Part shown: positions 28,230 through 38,199 of the stretch, one piece after another
How the letters are laid out: each line of letters opens with the position of its first letter
Position numbering within the stretch: the stretch's first letter is position 1
NCBI GenBank assembly: GCA_963666875.2
Contig: CAXXPU010000003.1
Location: 7,114-71,113 of the forward strand
DNA from: Candidatus Cloacimonadales bacterium
GTDB lineage: Bacteria > Cloacimonadota > Cloacimonadia > Cloacimonadales > JAIOQZ01
Length of the DNA stretch: 64,000 bases
Direction of reading: 5' to 3'
The notes under the pieces: generated by a model
What the model was told of the DNA's origin: nothing
Database searches by the model: none
The model's input: the letters and a program-made list of their open reading frames with translations, nothing else
Program-made: the position numbers and the translations under genes

Positions 28230-28459
28230 ACTGCGTAGAGGAAACCCGCCTTTCCGACGGCTCTTTGAGACTGCTGCTGGACATCGAGCCGCATCGGTTC
28301 GTGACGGTCGGATTCATCCTCGAATCGATGGAGGGATTCTGCATCTATACCACTGTACGAAGGGATGACAGGCAGTTCTTGCAGATCAATGTTCCACCGG
28401 ATTTCATCGCGCAGGTGAGTGGGTTATTGCAGGATATCGAAAGTTATCTCGAATGCTGA
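28226..28459 (+). CDS. DUF4911-like small protein
   Basis: 77 aa, ATGA-coupled to the lon stop. VGFILESMEGFCIYTTV resembles the DUF4911 pattern; this is recall only. Confidence 0.5.
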   Translation: MNCVEETRLSDGSLRLLLDIEPHRFVTVGFILESMEGFCIYTTVRRDDRQFLQINVPPDFIAQVSGLLQDIESYLEC

Positions 28460-28852
28460 TCAAATTCTGGAATACCAGCGCTCGACCTGGGACACGGCGT
28501 TTTCAACACGCTGCAAGAGCATCTCGAGATTGAGCGGCTTGCGGAAATAATCGTCGTAACCGGCTTCACGGGATTCCTTCAGCTCGAACGCGGATGGATA
28601 ACCCGTCATGGCAATCCGAATCGTGATCGGGAAGCGTTTCATGATGGCTTTTCCAAGATCGATGCCGCTCTCGCGCAGTAACTTCAGATCGACAATCACG
28701 ATCTTGATCGACTGCTCTTCGATAAGCTCCATTACGCCATCCGAGCCAGCCGCCACAAACACCTCGAAATTGTGATTGCTGAAAAAGCGCGACAGCATGA
28801 TCCGCATAAGTTCTTCGTCATCGACGATTAGTAGCTTTCTGATATTTTCCAT
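28460..28852 (-). CDS. single-domain response regulator (CheY-like receiver)
   Basis: KLLIVDDEELMR...VIVDLKL...GID...IAMTGY..; 130 aa with no output domain and no adjacent kinase. Confidence 0.85.
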   Translation of the reverse strand: MENIRKLLIVDDEELMRIMLSRFFSNHNFEVFVAAGSDGVMELIEEQSIKIVIVDLKLLRESGIDLGKAIMKRFPITIRIAMTGYPSAFELKESREAGYDDYFRKPLNLEMLLQRVENAVSQVERWYSRI

Positions 28853-29052
28853 GCAATATTGAATGAAACCTCAGAAGTGGATGTCAATCATTTTATCTTA
28901 CAGAATTTTCAGAACGGCGGGGGATAGGACGCATCCCTTTATCATTATGCGAGTTATGGCGTGTATTTTTTTTGGGGACCTGTTGCAAACCGAGTGGGCA
29001 AATGGCTATTCTTTGGATTCTGTAGCCGCCGATCTACAAGCGGCGCAAAGGA

Positions 29053-29078
29053 AGGCTCGCCCGGAGGTCGAGCGCTAC
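29053..29078. repeat. 26-nt repeat, exact inverted copy of 17942..17967, immediately downstream of the mgtE stop
   Basis: aggctcgcccggaggtcgagcgctac. Its last 15 nt (gaggtcgagcgctac) recur as a direct copy at 30512-30526, upstream of mgtE. Confidence 0.9.
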
Positions 29079-29083
29079 TGAAT

Positions 29084-30454
29084 TCAGACGAGGAATATCG
29101 ATGCGAGACCGAGGAATGACGCGAAACCGCCGATGTCGGTGAGCATGGTGATGATCACGCTGGAGGCAAGCGCGGGATCGATCTTGAGCCGTTTCATGAC
29201 GATCGGCACCACCGAGCCGCACAGCGCGGCGATGAACATGTTGATGACCATCGAGATGCCCAGAACCACACCCAGCATGTAATTGCCCTTCAGCACAATA
29301 GCGATCCCCATCGCGATCGAGCCGATCATCACGCCGTTCATGATTCCTACCGAGACTTCCTTGAACAGCGCTTTCCAGGTGTTGTGGATGGTCAGTTCGC
29401 CCAGCGCGATACCACGCGTGATGACCGTCAGCGTTTGCGTACCGGAATTGCCGCCCAGTCCGGCTACAATCGGCATGAGAACCGCCAGCACCGGGTGCTT
29501 GCCGATGAATTCCTCGAACAGACCGACCACGCTGGATACGAGAAGCGCGGTGAAGAGATTCAACACCAGCCACGGGAGCCGCTTCAGCACAGAATTCAAC
29601 GGCGCAGTAAACACCTTGTCCTCACTCTCCAGACCGACCATCCTGTAGGCGTCTTCGGAGGCTTCCTCGTCGATAACGTCGATGATATCGTCAACCGTGA
29701 TTCGACCAAGCAGGTGGTCTTCCTCATCGACGACCGGCAGCGCGTAGATATCGTACTTACGGAACAGGCTGGCGACCTCTTCCTGATCTGTATCGACACG
29801 CGTGCTGATCACGTCCGGATTCATCAGATCTTTCGCTTGTCTGTTCGGAGCGCAGAGAAGTAGCTGAACCAGGTCGAGCATGCCGATCAAGCGATTCTCG
29901 CCATCGACCACGAACACGTAGTGGATGTTCTCGACCTCTTCGACGTTCTCGCGGATCAATTCGATCAGTTCGTCACGCCGCATATCCTGATTGACCGCGA
30001 TGATTTCGGTCTGCATGAGGCCGCCGGCGCTGTCCTCGTCGTACGCGAGAAGCTGACGCAGGTTTTCGGAGTCTTCGTGGTCGATATGCTCCAGAACGTG
30101 CCTCGAGACATCCTCGTCCAGGTCGGAGATGATATCCGCGGCTTCGTCGGTGTCCATCTCGTCGATGATGCGCACCAGCCGTTCCTGGTTGAAGTGCTCG
30201 AGAATATCCTCGCGAACCTCGTCGTGCAGTTCCGCCAGCACCTCGGAGGCGATCTCGTCGCTCATGTGCTTGAATGCGTAGATCTGGTATTCTTCGGAAA
30301 GGTCGTTGATGATCGTAGCGATATCGGCGGGATGGTTGTCGTCGAACATGGCGCGAAGCGTTTCCGCGTCCTGCTCTTCGATCAACTGACAGATCAGATC
30401 ATAATTCATCTGGTCATCCATTTTCGTCCCCGCATCATGTTGTTTCAGGCTCAT
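29084..30454 (-). CDS. mgtE: magnesium transporter MgtE
   Basis: N-domain, two CBS domains (VISTRVDTDQEEV.., LPVVDEEDHLLGRITVDDIIDVI) and five TM helices with GLGGNSGTQ. The start could also be an internal Met (M12 or M16). Confidence 0.93.
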   Translation of the reverse strand: MSLKQHDAGTKMDDQMNYDLICQLIEEQDAETLRAMFDDNHPADIATIINDLSEEYQIYAFKHMSDEIASEVLAELHDEVREDILEHFNQERLVRIIDEMDTDEAADIISDLDEDVSRHVLEHIDHEDSENLRQLLAYDEDSAGGLMQTEIIAVNQDMRRDELIELIRENVEEVENIHYVFVVDGENRLIGMLDLVQLLLCAPNRQAKDLMNPDVISTRVDTDQEEVASLFRKYDIYALPVVDEEDHLLGRITVDDIIDVIDEEASEDAYRMVGLESEDKVFTAPLNSVLKRLPWLVLNLFTALLVSSVVGLFEEFIGKHPVLAVLMPIVAGLGGNSGTQTLTVITRGIALGELTIHNTWKALFKEVSVGIMNGVMIGSIAMGIAIVLKGNYMLGVVLGISMVINMFIAALCGSVVPIVMKRLKIDPALASSVIITMLTDIGGFASFLGLASIFLV

Positions 30455-30570
30455 CTTTCGAGAGGCTCGCCTTTGAAGATTCGATTTATCAGACGCCGTC
30501 TGAAAATCACAGAGGTCGAGCGCTACATGATCCGCTGAGCGCTACGAGAGAATAGGGATACCAAGCGCTT

Positions 30571-30602
30571 GAGGATTCGAATTTGCAAGCAAATTCACAG
30601 GA
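30571..30602. repeat. copy of the ~30-nt palindromic module GATTCGAWTTTGCAAGCAAAWTCACAGG, in the mgtE leader
   Basis: gaggattcgaatttgcaagcaaattcacagg, nested inside the CCAAGC...GCTTGG stem (30561-30608). Related copies lie at 52672-52706 and 63610-63640. Confidence 0.8.
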
Positions 30603-30619
30603 GCTTGGCGGTCCATGGG

Positions 30620-30648
30620 AAAAAAAAAGGCTGCTCAAAGCAGCCTTT
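30620..30648 (-). terminator. rho-independent terminator after rplQ
   Basis: The minus strand reads AAAGGCTGC-TTTGA-GCAGCCTTT followed by T8, 14 nt downstream of the rplQ stop. Confidence 0.85.
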
Positions 30649-30661
30649 CTTGAAGATCGCT

Positions 30662-31045
30662 TTATTTCTTGTCTTCGCTTTCTTTTTCAACGCGATCGAC
30701 AACTTCGATGATCGCCATCGGTGCGTTGTCGCCTCGTCGCTGTCCGTATTGCATGATTCTCGTATAGCCGCCGTTGCGATTCTCATAGCGTGGCGCCAGC
30801 TCGTCAAACACTTTCTTAACGAGCGTACGATCTGCCAAAATCCTGTATGCAAGCCTGCGATGATGGACTTCACCCCGTTTTCCGTAGGTGATCACCCGAT
30901 CAAACAGGCGTCGTGCTTCTTTGGCTTTAGCATGCGTTGTAACGATTCGTTCGTGACGGACAAGCTCTTTCACCAGATTGTTCATGAGGGCTTTCCGGTG
31001 ATCTGCCTCCCGTCCGAATTTCCTGCCTTCTACGCGATGTCGCAT
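30662..31045 (-). CDS. rplQ: 50S ribosomal protein L17
   Basis: MRHRVEGRKFGREADHRKALMNNL...; last gene of the alpha operon. Confidence 0.97.
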   Translation of the reverse strand: MRHRVEGRKFGREADHRKALMNNLVKELVRHERIVTTHAKAKEARRLFDRVITYGKRGEVHHRRLAYRILADRTLVKKVFDELAPRYENRNGGYTRIMQYGQRRGDNAPMAIIEVVDRVEKESEDKK

Positions 31046-31046
31046 G

Positions 31047-32069
31047 TCAAACCTTCCTTCTCTTGGTTACTCTCTTCTTCCAACCATCGATTTCTTTATT
31101 GATCTTATCGATATCCATTCCCAGCGAAAGTTCGTACTTCGCCAGAAGATTGGTGATCTCATCCAGTGATTTCTTACCGAAGTTGCGGTACTTGAGCATC
31201 TCGTTCTCGCTTTTGGCGACCAACTCGCCGATGGTCTCGATCTTCGCAGCCGCCAAGCAGTTGCTCGAACGAACCGTCAGCTCCAGCTCTTTCACATTCA
31301 TGTTCAGCAGCTTGTCCAGTCGATCCAGATCTTCCGGCATCTCCACTTCCTCGATGTATTCGGGCTCTTCTTCGAAGAGAACGATCTTGTCGTAGAAGTC
31401 CTTCAGGATCTTCGCCGCGAGATACAGCGCGTCCTTGGGTGTGATGCTGCCGTCGGTAGTCAGTTCAATGGTCAGTTTATCGTAGTCGATCTTCTCACCA
31501 ACCCGCTGATGACCCGCGTAATAATTCACCTTGAGAATCGGAGAATATACGGAATCGATAGGAATGACACCCACGGGTCGATCTTCCATCTCGTGCTCGT
31601 CTGCCGAGACGTATCCGCGACCGGTTCCGATCCAGATTTCCATGTGGAATTCCGCGTCTTCGGTCATTTCCAGGAGTTCGAGATCTTCGTTGACAATCTG
31701 CACCTCGGGGTTATCGGCTTTCAGTTCACCGGCGGTGATCATGCCTTTACCCTTGTGATCCAGGACCATGTGTTCTTCGCCAACCGTGTCGGCCTTGATG
31801 ATCAGCTTCTTGAGGCGAAGGATCAGGTCGATGTAGTCGGTTTTGGTTCCCGGGATCGGCACAAATTCATGATGAAGCCCTTCGATCTTCACGTAGCGGA
31901 CGGCTGCTCCCTGAATCGAGGAGAGCAGAACGCGGCGCAGCGTGTTCCCGATCGTGGTCGCGAAACCAGGTTCCATCGGTCCAATATCGAATTTCCCATA
32001 AGTGTTCGTGTATGTCGATTCTTCGACCGTTACCTTATCAGGCATTTGTATGGGTTCGAGAAGCATCAT
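31047..32069 (-). CDS. rpoA: DNA-directed RNA polymerase subunit alpha
   Basis: 340 aa. The N-terminal domain has GPMEPGFATTIGNTLRRVLLSSI. The C-terminal domain has ELELTVRSSNCL..IETIGELV. Confidence 0.97.
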   Translation of the reverse strand: MMLLEPIQMPDKVTVEESTYTNTYGKFDIGPMEPGFATTIGNTLRRVLLSSIQGAAVRYVKIEGLHHEFVPIPGTKTDYIDLILRLKKLIIKADTVGEEHMVLDHKGKGMITAGELKADNPEVQIVNEDLELLEMTEDAEFHMEIWIGTGRGYVSADEHEMEDRPVGVIPIDSVYSPILKVNYYAGHQRVGEKIDYDKLTIELTTDGSITPKDALYLAAKILKDFYDKIVLFEEEPEYIEEVEMPEDLDRLDKLLNMNVKELELTVRSSNCLAAAKIETIGELVAKSENEMLKYRNFGKKSLDEITNLLAKYELSLGMDIDKINKEIDGWKKRVTKRRKV

Positions 32070-32084
32070 ATAAACTCTCCTGGT

Positions 32085-32696
32085 TTACTTGGAATAGAAT
32101 TCCACAATCAAACGTTCATCAACGTTCACCGGTATCATTTCACGAGATGGGATATCCTTGAATTCTCCGCGCAGATGCTCTTTATCGACTTCGAGCCACT
32201 CGAACGCAGTCGAGGTGATCTCGACAGCTTCGAGGATCTGCGAGCATTTCTTGCTCTTGTCGTGAATCTCGACGACATCGCCCGGCTTCAGGAGATACGA
32301 CGGGATGTTGACCCGGCGGTTGTTTACCATGACGTGTCCGTGGTTCACAAACTGACGTGCTTGCGGGCGTGTCACAGCGAAGCCCATTCTGAAGACGGTG
32401 TTGTCCAGGCGGCGTTCGAGAAGCTTGAGCAGGTTCTCGCCGGTGATGCCTTTCATCTGATCCGCTTTCGCGAAGTAGCGGCGGAACTGTTTTTCCAGTA
32501 CCCCGTACATGTAGCGCAATTTCTGTTTTTCTTTCAGATGAATGCCGTAGTCACTAATCTTGCGCCGGAAACTCTGTCCATGCTGTCCGGGCGGGTATTT
32601 ACGACGCTCGAGTATCTTATCGTATTTCGGGCTTTCGTATATGTTTTCACCGAATTTTCTGCATATCTTAGCCTTCGGTCCGGTATATCTTGCCAT
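32085..32696 (-). CDS. rpsD: 30S ribosomal protein S4
   Basis: MARYTGPKAKICRKFGENI... Confidence 0.97.
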   Translation of the reverse strand: MARYTGPKAKICRKFGENIYESPKYDKILERRKYPPGQHGQSFRRKISDYGIHLKEKQKLRYMYGVLEKQFRRYFAKADQMKGITGENLLKLLERRLDNTVFRMGFAVTRPQARQFVNHGHVMVNNRRVNIPSYLLKPGDVVEIHDKSKKCSQILEAVEITSTAFEWLEVDKEHLRGEFKDIPSREMIPVNVDERLIVEFYSK

Positions 32697-32709
32697 TCAT
32701 TCGCCTCCG

Positions 32710-33105
32710 TTAAATTCTTCTCTGTTTGGGCGGTCTGCAGCCATTGTGCGGGATCGGAGTCGCGTCACGAATCATGGTGACGTAGAGTCCGGCTGAATTC
32801 AGCGCGCGAATCGCGGATTCGCGTCCACCGCCAGGGCCCTTCACGATGACGGAAACCTTGCTGATTCCCATGTCCATCACGGCTTTCGCGACTTCACCCG
32901 CAGCGATCTGTGCCGCATACGGGGTGCTCTTGCGGGAACCCTTGTTTCCAATCTTGCCGCCACTCGACCACGCCAGAACGTTTCCGCCACGGTCAGCGAT
33001 CGTCACGATGGTGTTGTTGAAGCTGGAATGAATATGCGCAACAGCTTCGTCGTACGCTACGCGCGTTCTTTTCTTTTTTACTCGTTTAACAGCTTTCTTT
33101 GCCAT
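32710..33105 (-). CDS. rpsK: 30S ribosomal protein S11
   Basis: [20 protein letters not shown]...[11 protein letters not shown]... Confidence 0.97.
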   Translation of the reverse strand: MAKKAVKRVKKKRTRVAYDEAVAHIHSSFNNTIVTIADRGGNVLAWSSGGKIGNKGSRKSTPYAAQIAAGEVAKAVMDMGISKVSVIVKGPGGGRESAIRALNSAGLYVTMIRDATPIPHNGCRPPKQRRI

Positions 33106-33116
33106 ATCCGTTCCCC

Positions 33117-33488
33117 TTATTTCTTCCTTCTACTGATTCCGCCAGGCTTTGGACCCTTGCGTGTGCGTGCGTTGGTGTGCGTGCGCTGTCCATGCACCGG
33201 GAGGCCTCTCTTGTGGCGTGATCCACGGTAGGAACCGATTTCCATTAAACGTTTGATGTCCATCGTAGTGCGGGTGCGGAGTGCACCTTCAACGATAAGT
33301 TCGTTCGTTACGATGTCTCTGATAACTTTTTCTTCTTCAGCGGAAAGATCCTTTACGCGCTTACTTTCGTCGATATTCGCTTTTTCAAGGATCTTCTCAG
33401 CGGTCGTTCTGCCGATACCGAATATATAGGTCAAACCTATCACGATCCGCTTATTTTTCGGTAATTCAACACCAGCGATATGTGCCAA
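33117..33488 (-). CDS. rpsM: 30S ribosomal protein S13
   Basis: [26 protein letters not shown]... Confidence 0.97.
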   Translation of the reverse strand: MAHIAGVELPKNKRIVIGLTYIFGIGRTTAEKILEKANIDESKRVKDLSAEEEKVIRDIVTNELIVEGALRTRTTMDIKRLMEIGSYRGSRHKRGLPVHGQRTHTNARTRKGPKPGGISRRKK

Positions 33489-33499
33489 CCGATTCCTCC

Positions 33500-33616
33500 T
33501 TATCCTTGTCTCTGTTTATGCCTTGGATTGCTTGGGCAGATTACTCGTATTACGCCTTTGCGTTTGATGATCCTGCAGTCTCTGCAGATCGTCTTTACGG
33601 ATGCTCGTACCTTCAT
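33500..33616 (-). CDS. rpmJ: 50S ribosomal protein L36
   Basis: Not in the ORF track because it is under 60 aa. The minus-strand ORF from ATG 33616 to TAA 33500 translates to [38 protein letters not shown], in the canonical infA-rpmJ-rpsM position. Confidence 0.93.
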   Translation of the reverse strand: MKVRASVKTICRDCRIIKRKGVIRVICPSNPRHKQRQG

Positions 33617-33631
33617 GATATAAACTCCTGC

Positions 33632-33850
33632 TTATTTATAGCGGTAGATAATCCGACCACGGGTCAGGTCGTAGGGTGAAAGCTCGAGCTTCACCTTGTC
33701 ACCCGGTAGAATTCGGATATAGTTCATTCTCATCTTACCCGAGGTGTGCGCCAGAATTTCGTGCCCGTTCTCCAGTTCGACGCGGAACGTCGTATTGGGA
33801 AGAGCTTCCTTGACCACGCCTTCGACTTCGATAACACCCGCTTTTGCCAT
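33632..33850 (-). CDS. infA: translation initiation factor IF-1
   Basis: [53 protein letters not shown]... Confidence 0.97.
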   Translation of the reverse strand: MAKAGVIEVEGVVKEALPNTTFRVELENGHEILAHTSGKMRMNYIRILPGDKVKLELSPYDLTRGRIIYRYK

Positions 33851-33852
33851 AT

Positions 33853-34635
33853 TTAAATTTCCTGTCTTTGTATCATATCCGGTAATGTCAGTATTTCCGG
33901 TTCGTTATCCGTCACCAGTATTGTATGCTCATAATGAGCCGATAAACTCCGATCAGCCACGTAGGTATTCCAGCCGTCGTCCCGTACGCGATACGTACCG
34001 ATATTCACCATCGGCTCGATGGCGAAAATCATACCTTTCTGGATACGAGCTCCGAATCCCTTTCTTCCGACGTTCATGATGGTAGGCTCTTCGTGAAGAG
34101 CCCTTCCGATACCGTGCCCGGTCAGCTTTTCCGCCGCGTGGTAGCCATTCTCGCGAATGCAGCTTCCGATCGCGTGCGAGATGTCGCCGATCCGGTTGCC
34201 GGGTCTTGCCTGCGCGATGCCGCGGTACAGGCATTCTTTTGTTACGCGCATCAATCGCCTGGCCTCTTCTGATATCTCACCCACCGGGTAGGTCTTCGCG
34301 CCGTCTCCATAGTAGCCGTCTTTGCAGGTTCCAACATCCACACCGATGATGTCGCCTTCCTTCAGAACAACCTTCTTGGAGGGAATCCCGTGAACGATCG
34401 CTTCGTTGACCGATGCGCAAATCGAACCCGGAAACGGCGGTAAACCCGGGACACTGTAACCTTTGAACGCCGGCGTGGCTCCGTTGTCGCGAATCACTTG
34501 CTCCGCGATGCGATCCAGCTCGAGGGTCGAGATCCCCGGACGAATCCAGTTGTCCATCTCCTCGAGTACAAGCGAAATGATGTGGTTACTCACCCTCATC
34601 TTCTCGATTGCACTGGCGTCCTTGATGTAGATCAT
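33853..34635 (-). CDS. map: type I methionine aminopeptidase
   Basis: [15 protein letters not shown]...GDIIGVDVG...[12 protein letters not shown]...FAIEPM...EHTILVT. Confidence 0.95.
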   Translation of the reverse strand: MIYIKDASAIEKMRVSNHIISLVLEEMDNWIRPGISTLELDRIAEQVIRDNGATPAFKGYSVPGLPPFPGSICASVNEAIVHGIPSKKVVLKEGDIIGVDVGTCKDGYYGDGAKTYPVGEISEEARRLMRVTKECLYRGIAQARPGNRIGDISHAIGSCIRENGYHAAEKLTGHGIGRALHEEPTIMNVGRKGFGARIQKGMIFAIEPMVNIGTYRVRDDGWNTYVADRSLSAHYEHTILVTDNEPEILTLPDMIQRQEI

Positions 34636-34691
34636 CGGATTACCTTCTCACAATGTTACACAATAAAGATCGATTCGAGATTCACCGGGCA

Positions 34692-36005
34692 TTAACCCCT
34701 GCGACCCCGCAGCTTACCCTTTTTCATGAAGCCTTCGTAGTGGCGCATCACCAGGTGGGATTCGATCTGCTGGAGCGTATCCAGCGCCACACCCACGATG
34801 ATGATCAGCCCGGTTCCACCGAAGTAGAACGGAAGCTGGGTATATTTCTGCATGAATTCGGGCATCACCGCGATGGCTGCGAAGAAGATCGCGCCAGGGA
34901 GCGTGATACGGGTTAATACACTGTTGATATATTCCGCTGTCTTCTTGCCGGGTTTCCTGCCGGGGATGAATCCGCCGTATCGCTTCATGTTGTCGGCGAT
35001 TTCGGTCGGGTTCATCACGATCGCGGTATAGAAATACGCGAAGAAGATGATCAGCGATACATACAGTACGGTATAGAGGAATGCGCCGGGCGACAGCCAG
35101 CGGGTCAGCGTCATCATCGCATCGCTTTCTCTGAAGAACATCGCGATGGTTCTCGGGAACATGATGATCGACTGCGCGAAGATGATCGGGATAACACCCG
35201 CGGTGTTCACGCGAAGCGGAATGTGCGTGCTCGAGCCGCCGTAAACTTTACGTCCGACCACGCGTTTAGCGTACTGCACCGGTATCTTGCGCATCGCTTC
35301 GGTCACAAGGATCACGGATCCCGTAACGAAGACCATGATGATCAGGTTCAGCACAGCCATGAAGATGCTGAGCGACCCGACCTGGACCAGTTTGAACATC
35401 TGGAAGAATCCCTGCGGATACCGCGCGATGATTCCCGCGAAGATGATCAGCGAAATTCCGTTGCCGATTCCGTGCTCGGTGATCTGCTCACCCAGCCACA
35501 TGATGAAGATCGTACCGGTTACCAGCGTCACCACGGTCGTCGTGATGAACATTGGTCCCTGGTTTGCCACAGCGGGTGCACCGCCGGCGCTCTTCATGCT
35601 CTGCAGCCAGAAACTGATCGTGATCGCGTTGAACGCACCGATCAGAACCGTCAAATACCGTGTATATTGGTTCAGCTTTTTCTGACCCTCAGCGCCTTCT
35701 TTTTTCAGCTTCTCGAGAAACGGCAGAATACTGCCCAGAAGCTGGAAGACGATGGATGCCGTGATGTAGGGCATGATACCCAAAGCGAAGATGGAGGCTC
35801 GACCGAAGTTACCTCCCGCGAAGAGGTCAACCAATCCGAATATCGTGTTGGATTGAGATGAAAACGCTTCTTGTAATATTCGCGGATTCACACCTGGCAC
35901 CGGGATGAAACTTCCCAGACGATAGATGATCAGAATCAGCATCGTGAACAGAATCTTCTTCTTCAGGTCCGGTATTTTAAAAACGTTTTTTATACTATCG
36001 AGCAA
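34692..36005 (-). CDS. secY: preprotein translocase subunit SecY
   Basis: 437 aa and polytopic, with IFALGIMPYITASI, GEQITEHGIGNGISLIIF. Confidence 0.97.
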   Translation of the reverse strand: MLDSIKNVFKIPDLKKKILFTMLILIIYRLGSFIPVPGVNPRILQEAFSSQSNTIFGLVDLFAGGNFGRASIFALGIMPYITASIVFQLLGSILPFLEKLKKEGAEGQKKLNQYTRYLTVLIGAFNAITISFWLQSMKSAGGAPAVANQGPMFITTTVVTLVTGTIFIMWLGEQITEHGIGNGISLIIFAGIIARYPQGFFQMFKLVQVGSLSIFMAVLNLIIMVFVTGSVILVTEAMRKIPVQYAKRVVGRKVYGGSSTHIPLRVNTAGVIPIIFAQSIIMFPRTIAMFFRESDAMMTLTRWLSPGAFLYTVLYVSLIIFFAYFYTAIVMNPTEIADNMKRYGGFIPGRKPGKKTAEYINSVLTRITLPGAIFFAAIAVMPEFMQKYTQLPFYFGGTGLIIIVGVALDTLQQIESHLVMRHYEGFMKKGKLRGRRG

Positions 36006-36006
36006 C

Positions 36007-36459
36007 TTAGATTACCTCCGCCTTGCCGCCATTCTTCTCGATCAATGCTTTCGCCGCTTCGGAAAATGCGTTGGCTTTGATCGTCATGACCTTCTCGAAC
36101 TTCTCCTTGCCGTTCGCCAGTATCTTGACGGGACGCGGATTTGATCTTCCAGCTTTCTTGACGATGCCCAGCTCTTCCATCTTGGCAACATCGATTTCCT
36201 CTACATCGACATTAATAAACTGCTCAAGGTTCACGATTCGGTAGGGGATCCTGAAAATATTCTTGAATCCGCGTTTGGGCAGTCGCCGCTGAATGGGCAT
36301 CTGACCGCCTTCAAACCAATCCGGAATATTTCCACCGGAACGGGCTTTCTGTCCTTTGTGCCCGCGTCCGGCTGTTCCACCGGTGCCGCTTCCGTCGCCT
36401 TTACCAAGTCTCTTTTTATTCTTCTTGATCTTTGGACGTTTGAGTTCATGAAGCAACAT
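36007..36459 (-). CDS. rplO: 50S ribosomal protein L15
   Basis: LGKGDGSGTGGTAGRGHKGQKARSGG... Confidence 0.96.
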   Translation of the reverse strand: MLLHELKRPKIKKNKKRLGKGDGSGTGGTAGRGHKGQKARSGGNIPDWFEGGQMPIQRRLPKRGFKNIFRIPYRIVNLEQFINVDVEEIDVAKMEELGIVKKAGRSNPRPVKILANGKEKFEKVMTIKANAFSEAAKALIEKNGGKAEVI

Positions 36460-36460
36460 C

Positions 36461-36646
36461 TTATTCTCCTTCTACAGGTTCGACCTTCACGAGATGGGAA
36501 ACCTTTCCCACCATGCCGCGAATCACGTCGTTATCTTCGTGGATCCGTGTCTTGGAGATTCTGCCGAGGCCGAGGGCCTTGAGCGTTCTCTTCATCGGTT
36601 CCTTTTGTCCGATCATGCTTCCGGTCTGTGTTACTCTAATCTTCAT
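36461..36646 (-). CDS. rpmD: 50S ribosomal protein L30
   Basis: [30 protein letters not shown]... Confidence 0.95.
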   Translation of the reverse strand: MKIRVTQTGSMIGQKEPMKRTLKALGLGRISKTRIHEDNDVIRGMVGKVSHLVKVEPVEGE

Positions 36647-37160
36647 GCTTCTCCTCCTGTCCGGTCAGCTCGGAAACTTTCTTTCCGCGAAGACGAGCCA
36701 CATCCTGAATCGTACGCAGACTCTTGAGACCGCGAACGGTAGCTTTCACAACGTTCACCGGTGTGTTGGAGCCCATCGATTTGGTCAAGATGTTTTCGAT
36801 TCCGGCTGCTTCCATGATGGCTCGCATCGGGCCACCCGCGATCACGCCGGTACCGGGAGAAGCGGGTTTCATCAGAACCTTGCTCGCGCTGAACTTCGCC
36901 AGTACTTCGTGCGGGATGGTGCCGCGAACGATCGGCACGCGGAACATGGTCTTGCCGGCTTTCTCTTTCGCCTTGCGGATTGCATCGACGATTTCGTTGG
37001 CCTTGCCGTAACCCACGCCCACATTGCCATTACGATCGCCGACAACGACGGTCGCGCTGAAGCTGAAGTTCCTACCGCCCTTGACGACCTTCGCCACGCG
37101 GTTGGTATCGATGATCTTCTCGATCTCGTATTCCTGGGTCATTTGCTTTTTCTGAAACAA
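36636..37160 (-). CDS. rpsE: 30S ribosomal protein S5
   Basis: [34 protein letters not shown]... Confidence 0.97.
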   Translation of the reverse strand: MFQKKQMTQEYEIEKIIDTNRVAKVVKGGRNFSFSATVVVGDRNGNVGVGYGKANEIVDAIRKAKEKAGKTMFRVPIVRGTIPHEVLAKFSASKVLMKPASPGTGVIAGGPMRAIMEAAGIENILTKSMGSNTPVNVVKATVRGLKSLRTIQDVARLRGKKVSELTGQEEKHED

Positions 37161-37170
37161 GGTTCCTCCC

Positions 37171-37593
37171 TTAAAACTCTAAGCCGGCTTTGCGCGCGCC
37201 GTCCGCCAGCGCCTTGACCCGACCGTGGTATTTGTATCCGCCACGATCGAACGCGATTTTGGTGATTCCAGCGGCAATGGCTTTCTCGCCAAGCTTCAAA
37301 CCGACCTGGTAACTCTGTTTCACTTTTCTGCCGAGTTTCGGACTTGTCTTTTTGTCGTCCTTGGCAGAGTCTTCTTTGATCCCGGCGAGATCTTCCCGCA
37401 GGATTTTCGAGATGGTCGATATCGCGACCAGAGTCTTGCCCTGTTCATCATCCACGATCTGTGCGTAGATGTGATTCAGGCTGCGGAAAATCGACAGGCG
37501 CGGACGCTCGCTTGTACCGAAGAGGTTCTTGCGAATCGCGACGCGACGTCTGGCTCTCGCCTTTGCTTTTTTGTATGTTGTACCTTTTTCCAT
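37171..37593 (-). CDS. rplR: 50S ribosomal protein L18
   Basis: [20 protein letters not shown]...[26 protein letters not shown]. Confidence 0.96.
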   Translation of the reverse strand: MEKGTTYKKAKARARRRVAIRKNLFGTSERPRLSIFRSLNHIYAQIVDDEQGKTLVAISTISKILREDLAGIKEDSAKDDKKTSPKLGRKVKQSYQVGLKLGEKAIAAGITKIAFDRGGYKYHGRVKALADGARKAGLEF

Positions 37594-37610
37594 CTTCTCA
37601 ACTCCAGAGG

Positions 37611-38186
37611 TTATGCCGCACCGGATTTGCCGGGCTTGATCTTCACGTATTCGTTTGCGTAACGGATGCCCTTACCGGTGTTGTAGTTGATCGGAGGACG
37701 GCATTTGCGAACTTCCGCCGCAAACTTGCCCACGTCTTCCTTGTGGATTCCTTTAACCTTGATAATCGCCTGAACCGCCAGACGAGAACCCTTGGCGCGA
37801 GGCACCGGCTCCGCTTCGACTGCGATGTGTTCCGGTATCTCGATCAGGATGTCGTGCGAATAACCCACGCTGAGCTTGAGCCAGGTATTGACGACTTCAG
37901 CAGTGTAGCCGGTTCCGATAAGGTGCAGCACCTTCTCGAAGCCTTCGCTGACGCCGACGACCATGTTACTCACAAGCGCACGGGTCAATCCGTGACGGGC
38001 TCTCTGCGGAACGGTGTCGTCTTCGCGGGTGACGATCAACTGGTTCTCTACCTGCGCGAGAGTGATACCGGGGAGAAGCTCGTATTTGAGCTCGCCCAGC
38101 TTACCCTTCACACTTACCAGGCTACCCGAGATCGTGATCTGTACGTCTTTGGGGACCGAAATGGGGATTTTACCTACTCTTGACAT
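37611..38186 (-). CDS. rplF: 50S ribosomal protein L6
   Basis: I place the start at ATG 38186 ([19 protein letters not shown]...). The listed ORF extends further upstream into rpsH. Confidence 0.95.
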   Translation of the reverse strand: MSRVGKIPISVPKDVQITISGSLVSVKGKLGELKYELLPGITLAQVENQLIVTREDDTVPQRARHGLTRALVSNMVVGVSEGFEKVLHLIGTGYTAEVVNTWLKLSVGYSHDILIEIPEHIAVEAEPVPRAKGSRLAVQAIIKVKGIHKEDVGKFAAEVRKCRPPINYNTGKGIRYANEYVKIKPGKSGAA

Positions 38187-38199
38187 CTCGTTCTCCTCA

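Noticed and set aside
30455-30661. M-box riboswitch upstream of mgtE.
   Set aside because: I could not recognise the conserved M-box core sequences on the minus strand. The region is instead occupied by repeat-family hairpins. A covariance-model search is still needed.
34636-34691. A possible missing or degraded adk between secY and map.
   Set aside because: The gap is only 56 nt, with no ORF remnant. This is simply an adk-less arrangement.
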